Source: an uncultured Candidatus Saccharibacteria bacterium (lineage in GTDB: Bacteria > Patescibacteriota > Minisyncoccia > Portnoybacterales > UBA2143). From it: a stretch of DNA of 64,000 nucleotides. The notes beneath the pieces are model-generated. The model did not search any database and was not told where the DNA came from. It saw only the letters and a list, made by a program, of their open reading frames with translations. The position numbers and the translations under genes were made by a program. The stretch covers positions 111,626 to 175,625 of the forward strand of contig CAYPQZ010000008.1 of the NCBI GenBank assembly GCA_964413015.1, read 5' to 3'. Of this stretch, positions 1-8,399 are shown piece by piece. Every line of letters begins with the position of its first letter. Position 1 is the first letter of the stretch.

Positions 1-202
1 TAGAAGCGATTTTACAATTGATTCCTATTCTTTGGCTGATGTTGACGACCGGGCTATTAGGAATTTAGTTCATGCTTCAGCTAGTCCTAAGGAAGCGGGA
101 AAAGAAATTAAAATCTGGTTTAAACCAAGCGAAATTATCAAATACCGGTTAATTTCAGAAGCCATATTATACGATGTTAATTTAGACGGCATTAAAGAAT
201 AA
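1..202 (+). CDS. ndk: Nucleoside diphosphate kinase, C-terminal part (truncated by window edge)
   Basis: Frame from base 2 reads RSDFTIDSYSLADVDDRAIRNLVHASAS...EIKIWF, with the NDK NxxHxS catalytic motif; stop TAA at 200-202. Confidence 0.85.
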   Translation, partial: RSDFTIDSYSLADVDDRAIRNLVHASASPKEAGKEIKIWFKPSEIIKYRLISEAILYDVNLDGIKE

Positions 203-402
203 TTTACTTGACAGAATTCTTTTAATTTGTAAGAATTAAACAAAAATGAATAAATTTTTATTCTCAGCTTTAATCGGTTTAGTTTACTTTACTGGCTTAG
301 AGCCCAGGCTTTTTTAAGTAATTAGCGTTAATCCATACTTAAAAAAGCTAACTCTCTGGTCAGTTTTTTATTAGGCCTTTAACAATTAATAAGGAGGAAA
401 AG

Positions 403-585
403 ATGGAAAAGGTTGTAGTAAGTTGTTATAACTGTGGAGAGAAAGTAGAAACGCTTTTTATCTACGGAGGCGAAAGCTCGGTAGTTGCATGTCGGTCTTG
501 TGGTTCGGTAAATGAAGTTTATCGTGGCAAAGACGGGCAACTAAAGACAACTTATGTACTTCAGACTCTTAAAGAAGCCTGGTAA
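403..585 (+). CDS. Small zinc-ribbon protein
   Basis: CYNC...CRSC pairs; AAGGAGG Shine-Dalgarno upstream. Confidence 0.7.
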   Translation: MEKVVVSCYNCGEKVETLFIYGGESSVVACRSCGSVNEVYRGKDGQLKTTYVLQTLKEAW

Positions 586-612
586 TTTAAATAGTTTAAA
601 AAGGGGGTACTG

Positions 613-801
613 ATGAAATGCGGAAATTGTAATAGTGATATTGATTTTAGATTGGTAGAGAAGAAGAAAATTAATATCAACGATATGAACCCGAGTTTTA
701 CTTTCTATTGTCCTCATTGTGGCGCGGAGAATCATGTCAAGTGCCGGCATAAGACGGGAAAAAAGAGAAGCGTAAAAATTTCACAACCTTCTTTTGCTTG
801 A
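613..801 (+). CDS. Small zinc-ribbon protein
   Basis: CGNC...CPHC pairs; GGGGG RBS-like sequence upstream; followed by a hairpin. Confidence 0.7.
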   Translation: MKCGNCNSDIDFRLVEKKKININDMNPSFTFYCPHCGAENHVKCRHKTGKKRSVKISQPSFA

Positions 802-803
802 TT

Positions 804-847
804 AATGCCTTGCTAAGCGAAACAAAAAAAACGCTTAGCAAGGCATT
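804..847. terminator. Intrinsic terminator-like hairpin
   Basis: AATGCCTTGCTAAGCG...CGCTTAGCAAGGCATT inverted repeat followed by a T-run, between convergent units. Confidence 0.7.
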
Positions 848-887
848 TTATTTTGTTCGCCTTCGCATAAAGCTACGGCATAACAAG

Positions 888-961
888 TCGGGGCGACAGG
901 ATTTGAACCTGCGATCTTCGGACCCCCAGCCCGACGCCTTAAGCCGCTAGGCCACGCCCCG
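888..961 (-). tRNA. tRNA-Pro(GGG)
   Basis: Cloverleaf CGGGGCG...CGCCCCGA, anticodon loop CT-GGG-GG, T-loop TTCAAAT. Confidence 0.95.
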
Positions 962-1030
962 TAGAAGAATTTCAAAAGATTTTTCGGAGAAAAATCAAAT
1001 GCGGAGCCATTTGAAATTTCTCTACGGGGC
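956..1030. repeat. Palindromic micro-element with GCCCCGTAGA...TCTACGGGGC termini, overlapping the tRNA-Pro 5' end
   Basis: Terminal inverted repeats; same termini at 44636-44767; CACGCCCCGTA repeated at 953-963 and 1030-1040. Confidence 0.7.
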
Positions 1031-1040
1031 ACGCCCCGTA

Positions 1041-1232
1041 TTATTTTTTGGTCTTGCTCATGGCTTTGATGCATTTGGCGCAAGCCTTAACTCTTTTGCC
1101 ATTAGAAAGACGAACCCATTGTAAATTGGGGTATTTCATTTTTTTGCTGGTTGGGTTATAATTACCACGGAGCTTCTTTCGGGTAACCGTTACCATCGAT
1201 TTTTTCCCGCAAATAGCGCATACTCTGCTCAT
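1041..1232 (-). CDS. rpmB: 50S ribosomal protein L28
   Basis: MSRVCAICGK...PNLQ...CAKCIK, L28 pattern. Confidence 0.9.
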   Translation of the reverse strand: MSRVCAICGKKSMVTVTRKKLRGNYNPTSKKMKYPNLQWVRLSNGKRVKACAKCIKAMSKTKK

Positions 1233-1279
1233 AATAGTTTATACTTTATCATATTGTTTTCTATTTTTCAAGCAGTCTT

Positions 1280-1342
1280 AAGAGGACAGCCCTTGAAATT
1301 ATGCTCTTTGAGCATAAGGACGTCATTTCAAGGACTGTCCTT
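1280..1342. repeat. About 62-bp palindromic REP-like element (AAGGACTGTCCTT family)
   Basis: Reverse complement closely matches 59627-59687. Confidence 0.75.
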
Positions 1343-1350
1343 TGACGATT

Positions 1351-1971
1351 ATGGAGACTTTTATTATTTTAATTTTCCAATTGGCTGTTTTATTGATGTC
1401 GGTAGTCATTCATGAATTTTCTCATGGATGGACGGCTTATCAATTAGGCGACTCGACAGCTAAATATCAAGGGCGACTGACTCTTAACCCGATTAAACAT
1501 CTGGATTTTTTTGGCTCTTTGATTGTCCCTTTGGCAATCTTTATTTTTTCCGGTGGGCAGGCAATTTTCGGTTGGGCCAAACCGGTTCCTTTTAATCCGT
1601 ATAATCTGCGTGACCAAAAATACGGAATAGCTAAAGTGGCGGCGGCTGGGCCCGGGGCAAACATTCTTATAGCTTTAATTTTTGGTTTGACCCTACGTTT
1701 TTTACCGTCGCAGCTCTTGCTTTTCAGCGGACTAGTTCAGATTCTTAGCTTAATTGTTTTTCTGAATTTACTTTTGGCCGTTTTTAACCTAATCCCTTTG
1801 CCGCCCTTAGACGGTTCTAAGATACTTTTTGCATTCTTGCCCCGCTCTTTGGAAAGATTAAGATTGTTTCTGGAGCAATACGGGACTTTTATCTTAATTT
1901 TTTTCATTTTTTTCGCTTTTCAATGGATTTTGCCTCTGGTTTTTCTGATTTACCAGATTATTGTTGGTTGA
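1351..1971 (+). CDS. Site-2 protease family (M50) membrane metalloprotease
   Basis: HEFSH zinc motif, AAAGP, FNLIPLPPLDG; ATG at 1351 preferred to the TTG at 1342, which lies in the repeat. Confidence 0.9.
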   Translation: METFIILIFQLAVLLMSVVIHEFSHGWTAYQLGDSTAKYQGRLTLNPIKHLDFFGSLIVPLAIFIFSGGQAIFGWAKPVPFNPYNLRDQKYGIAKVAAAGPGANILIALIFGLTLRFLPSQLLLFSGLVQILSLIVFLNLLLAVFNLIPLPPLDGSKILFAFLPRSLERLRLFLEQYGTFILIFFIFFAFQWILPLVFLIYQIIVG

Positions 1972-1974
1972 CGC

Positions 1975-2005
1975 AAAAATCCTTCCTTTAAAAGGAAGGA
2001 TTTTT
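1975..2005. terminator. Bidirectional intrinsic terminator
   Basis: AAAAATCCTTCCTT-TAA-AAGGAAGGATTTTT between convergent genes. Confidence 0.75.
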
Positions 2006-2034
2006 GCTCTCAGGCAGGGAATAATTGCCTTGCC

Positions 2035-3102
2035 TTATTTTCTTTCTTCTAATTTAACCGTAGTGGTTCCTATTTTGTCCTGTCTTAAAATTTTTATCTT
2101 GATTATATCTCCCGGTTTGCATTTATGAATTAGTTCCTGAAGAGGATTTTTATCAGTAACTTTGATTCCGTTAAATTCCAGAATAATGTCGTTTTCCATC
2201 AGGCCCGCTTTAGCGGCCGGGCTGTTAGGAACGACTGCTGAATCGCCTGCTTCTGGCTCGCGGATAATCAAAGCGCCGTGGTCAACCGGCAGACGGATAT
2301 TGAATCTTTGGGAGAATTCTTCCTGGGTAGCTTTGTTAATAATCAAATAACGGACTCCTAGAAATGGCTGGATAATCCGTCCGTGTTTTTTTAAATCCTC
2401 AATGTCCTTTTTAGCATTGTGGACGGGAATGGTAAAGCCGATGTTTTGGGCGCCCATAACGATGGCGACGTTGATTCCGATGACCTTGCCGTCCATATTG
2501 ACCAGCGGCCCTCCAGAATTTCCCGGATTAATAGCGGCGTCGGTCTGAATTAATCCTCTGAGTTCGGCTCTCTGGCCGGAAACTCCGTCGTGGGCAGTGA
2601 TAAAGCGGCTTAATCCTGAAACAACTCCGGTGGAAACAGTATTCGGGAAAACGCCCAAAGGATTACCGATAGCAATAACGCCTTCTCCCAGATCAACCTT
2701 ATCAGAATTCCCTAATTCCAAAAAAGGAAATTTTTTATTCTTAGCATCTTTCACTTTTATAATAGCAACGTCATTGACCGGATCGCGGGCTAAAATTTCC
2801 GCTTGGTATTCTTTTTCATCGGCGGTAACAATAGTGTAATCCACTTCAGGAGAAACGATTACGTGGCGGTTAGTCAAAATTACCCCTTCTGGAGAAACAA
2901 AAAAACCACTGCCACCGCCAATCTTAACTTTTTGTTTCCCTTCATGCCGGTACTGAGTTATCGGCGGGCCGTAAGGGCCGAGGAATTCATCAAATGGCTG
3001 AATGTGATATTTCCTTATCTTAGGCAAGTCTTTGCTGATGATAATGCTTACTACAGCCGGACTTACTTTTTTGACGATTTGGACAACGGGTGATTTTTGC
3101 AT
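2035..3102 (-). CDS. htrA: HtrA/DegP-family serine protease with PDZ domain
   Basis: GSGF, TNRHV, DVA, QTDAAINPGNSGGPL, C-terminal PDZ. Confidence 0.92.
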   Translation of the reverse strand: MQKSPVVQIVKKVSPAVVSIIISKDLPKIRKYHIQPFDEFLGPYGPPITQYRHEGKQKVKIGGGSGFFVSPEGVILTNRHVIVSPEVDYTIVTADEKEYQAEILARDPVNDVAIIKVKDAKNKKFPFLELGNSDKVDLGEGVIAIGNPLGVFPNTVSTGVVSGLSRFITAHDGVSGQRAELRGLIQTDAAINPGNSGGPLVNMDGKVIGINVAIVMGAQNIGFTIPVHNAKKDIEDLKKHGRIIQPFLGVRYLIINKATQEEFSQRFNIRLPVDHGALIIREPEAGDSAVVPNSPAAKAGLMENDIILEFNGIKVTDKNPLQELIHKCKPGDIIKIKILRQDKIGTTTVKLEERK

Positions 3103-3190
3103 AATCCTATTTTTAATTTATCGATATTCCTAGTATATTCCATTGACTTGGTTTAGTCAATATTATAATATTAGAGAGTGTGGAAAACTT

Positions 3191-3262
3191 GCCCTCGTAG
3201 TTCAACGGATAGAACAGGGGCGTCCTAAGCCCTTGATGTGGGTTCGACTCCTACCGAGGGTA
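3191..3262 (+). tRNA. tRNA-Arg(CCT)
   Basis: Cloverleaf, anticodon loop GT-CCT-AA. Confidence 0.93.
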
Positions 3263-3365
3263 CATAATATTTATCCAAGAGCGAAGCGATTGGTAAATAA
3301 ATACTATATCCGTCTCAGGTGAACGCTGAATTTATTGGCAAAATCAAGATTTTGAATAAATTCGC

Positions 3366-3439
3366 GGGCCCATAGCGCAGTTGGTTAGCGCGTCTGTATG
3401 GCATACAGGAGGTCGAGGGTTCGAATCCCTCTGGGTCCA
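3366..3439 (+). tRNA. tRNA-Ala(GGC)
   Basis: Cloverleaf, G3:U70 pair, anticodon GGC. Confidence 0.95.
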
Positions 3440-3569
3440 CATAATATTTATCCAAAATTTATTTTGGTTATAGATATTATGCCCGCCTCAAGAGGGCTGG
3501 AAGTAGATCTTGCCCGCCTCAGGCGAACGCTGAATTTATTAGCAAAATTAAAATTTTGAATAATTTTGC

Positions 3570-3644
3570 GCCGAGGTAGCTCAGGGGTAGAGCATTCGAC
3601 TGAAAATCGAAGTGTCGGCGGTTCGATTCCGCCCCTCGGCACCA
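3570..3644 (+). tRNA. tRNA-Phe(GAA)
   Basis: Cloverleaf, anticodon GAA, encoded CCA. Confidence 0.95.
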
Positions 3645-3647
3645 AAA

Positions 3648-3719
3648 GCGGGAGTAGCTTAGTGGTAGAGCGTCTCGTTGCCAACGAGAAGATCGCGGGT
3701 TCGAACCCCGTCTCCCGCT
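3648..3719 (+). tRNA. tRNA-Gly(GCC)
   Basis: Cloverleaf, anticodon GCC, U73. Confidence 0.95.
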
Positions 3720-3793
3720 CAAATTGTTATAAGTTAAATAGTCAGAAAACGGCTTATCCAAGCCATTTTTTAGTAAAAAAAGAGTAAAAATAC

Positions 3794-3822
3794 TTGACAA
3801 ATATGTCAAGCTATGATAGTAT
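3794..3822 (+). promoter_or_regulatory. Sigma70-type promoter of the 3D-domain gene
   Basis: TTGACA-17 nt-TAGTAT; -35 overlaps the palindrome CTTGACAAATATGTCAAG. Confidence 0.5.
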
Positions 3823-3917
3823 ATAGGGAATCCCTGAAAGGGGATTTTTAATTTGTTTGTTTTCTTGCCTTTGAATAGATAATTTTTTATCTGTTCAAAG
3901 AAGGAGCAAACAGGTTT

Positions 3918-4400
3918 ATGTATACTATCAGCAGCAAGTTTTCCGTTTCACTAGTCTTAGTTAGCTTATTTTCTAACATTGTTTTCCCTAAATATGGATT
4001 AACTGATAGCGATTTAGAAGAAATTGATTTAATGTCGGAAGATTCTTTGGCCACTGTCCAAGGACAGGCCTTGATTCAACCGGGTTTTCCGTATGTTCCT
4101 GAAGTGGTTGCCCAAAATTGGGTAACGATTACCGCTTATTCCAGTACGCCTGACCAGACCGACTCAACCCCTTTTATTACCGCTTCCGGGAAAACCGTTT
4201 GTGACGGAATCGTCGCTTGTAACTTTTTAAGCTTCGGGACCAAGGTTCGTTTCCCTGAATTGTACGGAGATAAAATTTTCGTGGTTGAAGACCGAATGGC
4301 TCTTCATAACAGTCATAAAATAGATATCTGGTTTTCGACTCGCTGGGAAGCAAAACAATTTGGAGTCAAGATAACTAAGGTTGAAGTATTAGGAACATAA
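3918..4400 (+). CDS. 3D-domain (MltA-like) cell-wall hydrolase
   Basis: TAYSS...TASG...VACNFLSFGTKV...VEDRM...IDIW; N-terminal hydrophobic segment. Confidence 0.85.
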   Translation: MYTISSKFSVSLVLVSLFSNIVFPKYGLTDSDLEEIDLMSEDSLATVQGQALIQPGFPYVPEVVAQNWVTITAYSSTPDQTDSTPFITASGKTVCDGIVACNFLSFGTKVRFPELYGDKIFVVEDRMALHNSHKIDIWFSTRWEAKQFGVKITKVEVLGT

Positions 4401-4428
4401 AAACCCCCGATTTGAATCGGGGGTTTTT
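4399..4428 (+). terminator. Intrinsic terminator
   Basis: AAAAACCCCCGATTTGAATCGGGGGTTTTT. Confidence 0.8.
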
Positions 4429-4544
4429 ATGTTGGCGCACTGTATCAAAGATAGCTCAAACGCACATAAAAATTCGTAAAACAAAACATATAAAAAAAAT
4501 TGAGCCCCGAGTGGTTTTGCCACAAGGGGCTCAGTTAACAGCGG

Positions 4545-5051
4545 TCATCGCCTTAGCTCGCTACTCACTATGCGCTTGTACGCGAAGTAGGGTATGAGCT
4601 TGAAAATAAGTTCTCGTTTGTTCCATTGCTTGCGAGATCGAACTCGCTCCTGCTTGGAATCGGAGCAAAACCAGGAATCTTCCGGGTATTGCTCGATTTC
4701 CTCGCAAACGCGAACTTCAATTCTCGCTCCGACTTCGCGTACGGCCTGTTGGACATCACGAAGAGCGCGCCAAAGATGCGGCTTGGCAGCTACGACCCAC
4801 AACTCGGTGATTCTGTGACGCTTCGCCCACTGGACGGCTTCTCGGGCAATGCGCAGAGTTGACGGCGGGTTGCCCGGCTTTTCCTCAATATACTCCACTT
4901 GGATCCTCGGCTTGACCCGAATGTCAAGCTGGGTATACACCAGAGCATCGAGCTCACACGCCTTCTCCGAAGCGATTTCGGCGATACGCTGGTTGGACCG
5001 GATTGTCTCCGGTACTCCGAAAGCGAATGCAACAATACCTGTAGTTTTCAA
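4545..5051 (-). CDS. Hypothetical protein, possibly YdcF/DUF218-like
   Basis: AGGAGG SD before TTG; VVAAKPHLWRA resembles the DUF218 HxxRA motif; GC-richer than neighbours. Confidence 0.55.
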   Translation of the reverse strand: MKTTGIVAFAFGVPETIRSNQRIAEIASEKACELDALVYTQLDIRVKPRIQVEYIEEKPGNPPSTLRIAREAVQWAKRHRITELWVVAAKPHLWRALRDVQQAVREVGARIEVRVCEEIEQYPEDSWFCSDSKQERVRSRKQWNKRELIFKLIPYFAYKRIVSSELRR

Positions 5052-5257
5052 TTTTTACCTCCTGTATATAAAGTTGGAAAAGTACCGATTTTTGACTATC
5101 TAAAGTATAGCATATTTTTACCTTGTTGTAAAGGGTAACAAAAAATCAGCATTTCTGCTGTTCCTTAAACTTTTTGGTCGCCGAGTCCCGCACTAAAACA
5201 AGTTCAGTACGAGGCAAACTCCGCGAGGCGACCTCCAAATCGTTGACTTTTTCTCGG

Positions 5258-5343
5258 TGGTGCCGCGGGTGGGACTCGAACCCACATGGATAAAATCCAC
5301 ACGATTTTAAGTCGTGCGCGTAAACCAATTCCGCCACCGCGGC
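5258..5343 (-). tRNA. tRNA-Leu(TAA)
   Basis: Type II cloverleaf, anticodon TAA, encoded CCA. Confidence 0.95.
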
Positions 5344-5350
5344 ATTCAAG

Positions 5351-5421
5351 AGGCCACGACCGGAGTCGAACCGGTTTAGACGGTTTTGCAGACCGTTGCC
5401 TTACCGTTTGGCTACGTGGCC
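5351..5421 (-). tRNA. tRNA-Cys(GCA)
   Basis: Cloverleaf, anticodon GCA, U73. Confidence 0.93.
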
Positions 5422-5453
5422 TTGTTCTGATTTTAACATTTTTTTGACAGAAT

Positions 5454-5789
5454 TCAATGTTTTTTAATTTGTCCTAAAATTTCTTCGATTCTTTGAGCTT
5501 TGATTTCTGTTTGGTCAATCTCAAATTGAATTTTAGGGACTATTTTCAAATATAATTTTTTATTCAGCTCCTGTTGAAGATGATAAATTTTTTTATGGAT
5601 TATTTCCAAAGCCAATTCTCCTTTGTCATTGGGAATAACGTTGATTTTAACCTTAGCATGAGACAAATCGGCCGAGGTCTCAACCTGATTAACAGTTACT
5701 AAAATATCTTCAAATCTAATTTCCCGTAGGATTAATTTGCTGATTTCCTGCCTAAGAAGCTCATTGATTCTTTCAATGCGTTGAGACAT
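5454..5789 (-). CDS. rbfA: Ribosome-binding factor A
   Basis: RIERINELLRQEIS...SADLSHAKV...VPKIQF; downstream of infB. Confidence 0.92.
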   Translation of the reverse strand: MSQRIERINELLRQEISKLILREIRFEDILVTVNQVETSADLSHAKVKINVIPNDKGELALEIIHKKIYHLQQELNKKLYLKIVPKIQFEIDQTEIKAQRIEEILGQIKKH

Positions 5790-5791
5790 TA

Positions 5792-7330
5792 CTATATCTC
5801 CCTTTTTTCTCTTTTTTCTTCGTAAATTTCCAGCACATCACCCTTTTCAATCTTTTCGATGCCTTTAAATAAAATACCGCATTCTTGACCCTTGTTAACT
5901 TCTTCAATTTCCTTTTTATCCCTTTGAAGCTGAACTAACTTACCCTGCCCTATTTTTTTATCTGCCCCGCCTGCATCGCCTGGCGAAGCACTGCGGGTAG
6001 GCCGAATAATATCAATTAAGGTTCCTTGCTTAATTTGTCCTTTAATTACTTTCCCGCCTACAATTTGCCTGTCCTTTTCAGTTCGGAACAAAGCCATAAC
6101 CTTAAGCTGCCCGAGGATGTTTTTTGAAATTTCCGGCGTCAGTAATTTAGAAAGCAACTCTCTGACTCCTTGGATAAGTTCATAAATTATATCAAAAAGC
6201 AGCATTTTTACTTTTTTATGCTGGGCTAATTGACGGATAGTTAAACTGGCTTTTACGCGAAAGCCAATTATTTTTGCCTTGGAAGATTCAGCCAGTTTGA
6301 TATCTGATTCGTTAATGTCTCCGACTTCAGCTTTCAAAATCCTTAAAATGACTTCGTCCACAGGAATGCTTTTAAGCGAAGCTCTAATTGCTTCCAAGGA
6401 ACCTCGGACGTCGGATTTGAGGATAATATTAAGAATTTTTTTATCCGGTTCAAAAACGAAAACTTCTTTTTCTTCTTTTCTCTTAGCGGCTTTCCGCTCG
6501 GCTTTAACTCGGGCTAATTCCAAGCTTTCAAAAGTGTAGAATTTTTCTCCTACTTGAGGAACCTGATTAAAGCCGGTAACGATAGCCGGAGTTGAAGCAA
6601 GGGCCTTTTCAATCGGAGAAAACCGGAAATCTTCCATAGTTTTGATTTTTCCAATAGCCGAACCGGTGCCAATAATATCCTGATTGCTTAAAATTCCTTG
6701 CTTTACCAAAAGAGTTGCCGTGGCGCCTCTTTTGTTATTCTGGTGAGACTCAATAACCAACCCTGAAGCTGGCTGGGATAAATCGCCTTTCAATTCTTCC
6801 ATTTCGGCTACCAGAAGGATTATCTCTAAAAGCTCGTCAATCCCTTGCTTAGTTTTGGCCGATACGTTAATTGAAGGAATCTGGCCTCCCAATGATTCCA
6901 CGCTGAGATTGTTTTTAGACAATTCTTCTTTGACCCGTTCCGGCTGGGCTTCTTTCTTATCAATCTTATTTAAAGCGACAATTGCCGGCAAGCCGCTTTT
7001 TTTAATATGTTCAATAGCTTCTTTGGTTTGCGGTTTGACTCCTTCTTCGGCGGCCACTACCAGAACGGCGATATCGGCCACTTTGGCTCCCCGCGAACGC
7101 ATAGCCGAAAAGGCTTCATGCCCGGGAGTGTCAATGAAGGTGATTTTTTTGCCCTGATGTTCTACCTGATAGGCGCCGATATGTTGGGTAATCCCGCCTG
7201 ATTCCCGGGCGGTAATTTTCAAATCTTTAATCGCTTCCAGAATTGAAGACTTGCCGTGGTCGACGTGGCCTAAAATAACCACCACCGGTGGTCGTACCTG
7301 AATATTCTTTTGTTCCTTCTCTTCTGTCAT
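5792..7330 (-). CDS. infB: Translation initiation factor IF-2 (short form, no long N-domain)
   Basis: RPPVV..GHVDHGKS, GGITQHIGA, DTPGHEAF, NKID. Confidence 0.97.
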   Translation of the reverse strand: MTEEKEQKNIQVRPPVVVILGHVDHGKSSILEAIKDLKITARESGGITQHIGAYQVEHQGKKITFIDTPGHEAFSAMRSRGAKVADIAVLVVAAEEGVKPQTKEAIEHIKKSGLPAIVALNKIDKKEAQPERVKEELSKNNLSVESLGGQIPSINVSAKTKQGIDELLEIILLVAEMEELKGDLSQPASGLVIESHQNNKRGATATLLVKQGILSNQDIIGTGSAIGKIKTMEDFRFSPIEKALASTPAIVTGFNQVPQVGEKFYTFESLELARVKAERKAAKRKEEKEVFVFEPDKKILNIILKSDVRGSLEAIRASLKSIPVDEVILRILKAEVGDINESDIKLAESSKAKIIGFRVKASLTIRQLAQHKKVKMLLFDIIYELIQGVRELLSKLLTPEISKNILGQLKVMALFRTEKDRQIVGGKVIKGQIKQGTLIDIIRPTRSASPGDAGGADKKIGQGKLVQLQRDKKEIEEVNKGQECGILFKGIEKIEKGDVLEIYEEKREKREI

Positions 7331-7419
7331 GTATCGCTTAAATTAACATTTTTAACAGCTTTGGTCAAATTGAACTCCATAAAACCAATCGGTTTTTTTA
7401 ACCTTCAATTTTCTTGTAT

Positions 7420-7917
7420 TTATTTTCTGGTTTTTGCGCCGGCCTTTTTTAAGGCCTCTAATTCTTCTTTGGACAGGGGATATTTTGACTGACCGGATTC
7501 AATCGGCTTGCCGTAAATTCGGGTTCCTTCACGGGAGTATAAACTGGAAATAACCAGACCGTTCTTATGGGCATCCAGTAAAGCAATGGCAAAACTCTGA
7601 TTGCCGCCGGTGTCTTTAAAGGGATTGAATCGAACCAAGCCGATTTTTTGAATGCTCTGCCCGGCCATTTTTTTGAGGTTTTTTAATAATTTATCAAGCT
7701 CTTTAATATTTTGCTCTGCTTTCTTAAGATGCTTGATTTCTTCAAAAAGCACCTCTTCCAAATCAGTGGCCTTTTTACCGTTAAAGAAAGTTTTTAATCT
7801 CCTTTTTATGTTCCATAACCGCAGAGAGATAAAAATATTCCAGATCAAAAAGAGGAGGAGAATAAGCAGAAAGAGGTAAGTGATTTGATTGTTAATTAGA
7901 AAATTAGTGATATTCAT
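7420..7917 (-). CDS. DUF4446 family membrane-anchored protein
   Basis: TM helix, coiled coil, FNPFKDTGGNQSFAIALLD...SRE..RIYGKPI; start moved to ATG 7917 because the longer ORF overlaps the tRNA. Confidence 0.8.
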   Translation of the reverse strand: MNITNFLINNQITYLFLLILLLFLIWNIFISLRLWNIKRRLKTFFNGKKATDLEEVLFEEIKHLKKAEQNIKELDKLLKNLKKMAGQSIQKIGLVRFNPFKDTGGNQSFAIALLDAHKNGLVISSLYSREGTRIYGKPIESGQSKYPLSKEELEALKKAGAKTRK

Positions 7918-7940
7918 AGAAGATATGACCGCTTTCGCGC

Positions 7941-7991
7941 AGCTACTGGCGGACTTCGTCACGCCGTAGCCACGCTTCAGCGTGGCAAAGG
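7941..7991. repeat. One copy of the 43-bp tRNA-Ser trailer repeat
   Basis: ACTGGCGGACTTCGTCACGCCGTAGCCACGCTTCAGCGT also at 49801-49890 and 50236-50333. Confidence 0.85.
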
Positions 7992-8078
7992 CGGAGAGGG
8001 TGGGATTCGAACCCACGGTCATCCAAAGACGACAACGGTTTTCGAGACCGTCCCTTTCGTCCGCTCAGGCACCTCTCC
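7992..8078 (-). tRNA. tRNA-Ser(CGA)
   Basis: Type II cloverleaf, anticodon CGA, G73. Confidence 0.95.
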
Positions 8079-8080
8079 CT

Positions 8081-8323
8081 TTATAATTCTAACTTCTTTT
8101 TTAATTGTCTTCTACCTTGAGATTTTTTATAAAAATTTTCTGTTTTTTGAGCTAATGTTTTTGTCTGGTATGCTTCGTAATAAATTAAATCCCATGGCCT
8201 GAAATTTCTTGTAGATTTTACTTTTCCGAAATTGTGTTCTTTAAGTCTTTTTTCTAGATTACTGGTGCTTCCTCTATACAATTTATTATTTTTTTGGTTT
8301 TTTAGAAGATAAAAATAATACAT
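8081..8323 (-). CDS. Small GIY-YIG nuclease
   Basis: YFYLL...LYRGSTSNLEKRLKEHN...YYEAY. Confidence 0.85.
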   Translation of the reverse strand: MYYFYLLKNQKNNKLYRGSTSNLEKRLKEHNFGKVKSTRNFRPWDLIYYEAYQTKTLAQKTENFYKKSQGRRQLKKKLEL

Positions 8324-8399
8324 GGTTTTTCCGCGACGTCTCCGCTTACGCGGAGCGCGCGGACCCGCTCACTTTGACTTTAGTCAAAGATGAAGCGGG

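Noticed and set aside
3448-3809. Short ORFs overlapping tRNA genes (also 835-1083, 5146-5349, 9987-10172, 12909-13160, 35102-35329, 49732-50075)
   Set aside because: They are translations of tRNA genes or repeats and show no protein motifs.
8079-8399. Group I intron with homing endonuclease inside tRNA-Ser
   Set aside because: The downstream tRNA is complete rather than a 3' exon, and the roughly 75 non-coding nt are too few for a group I core.
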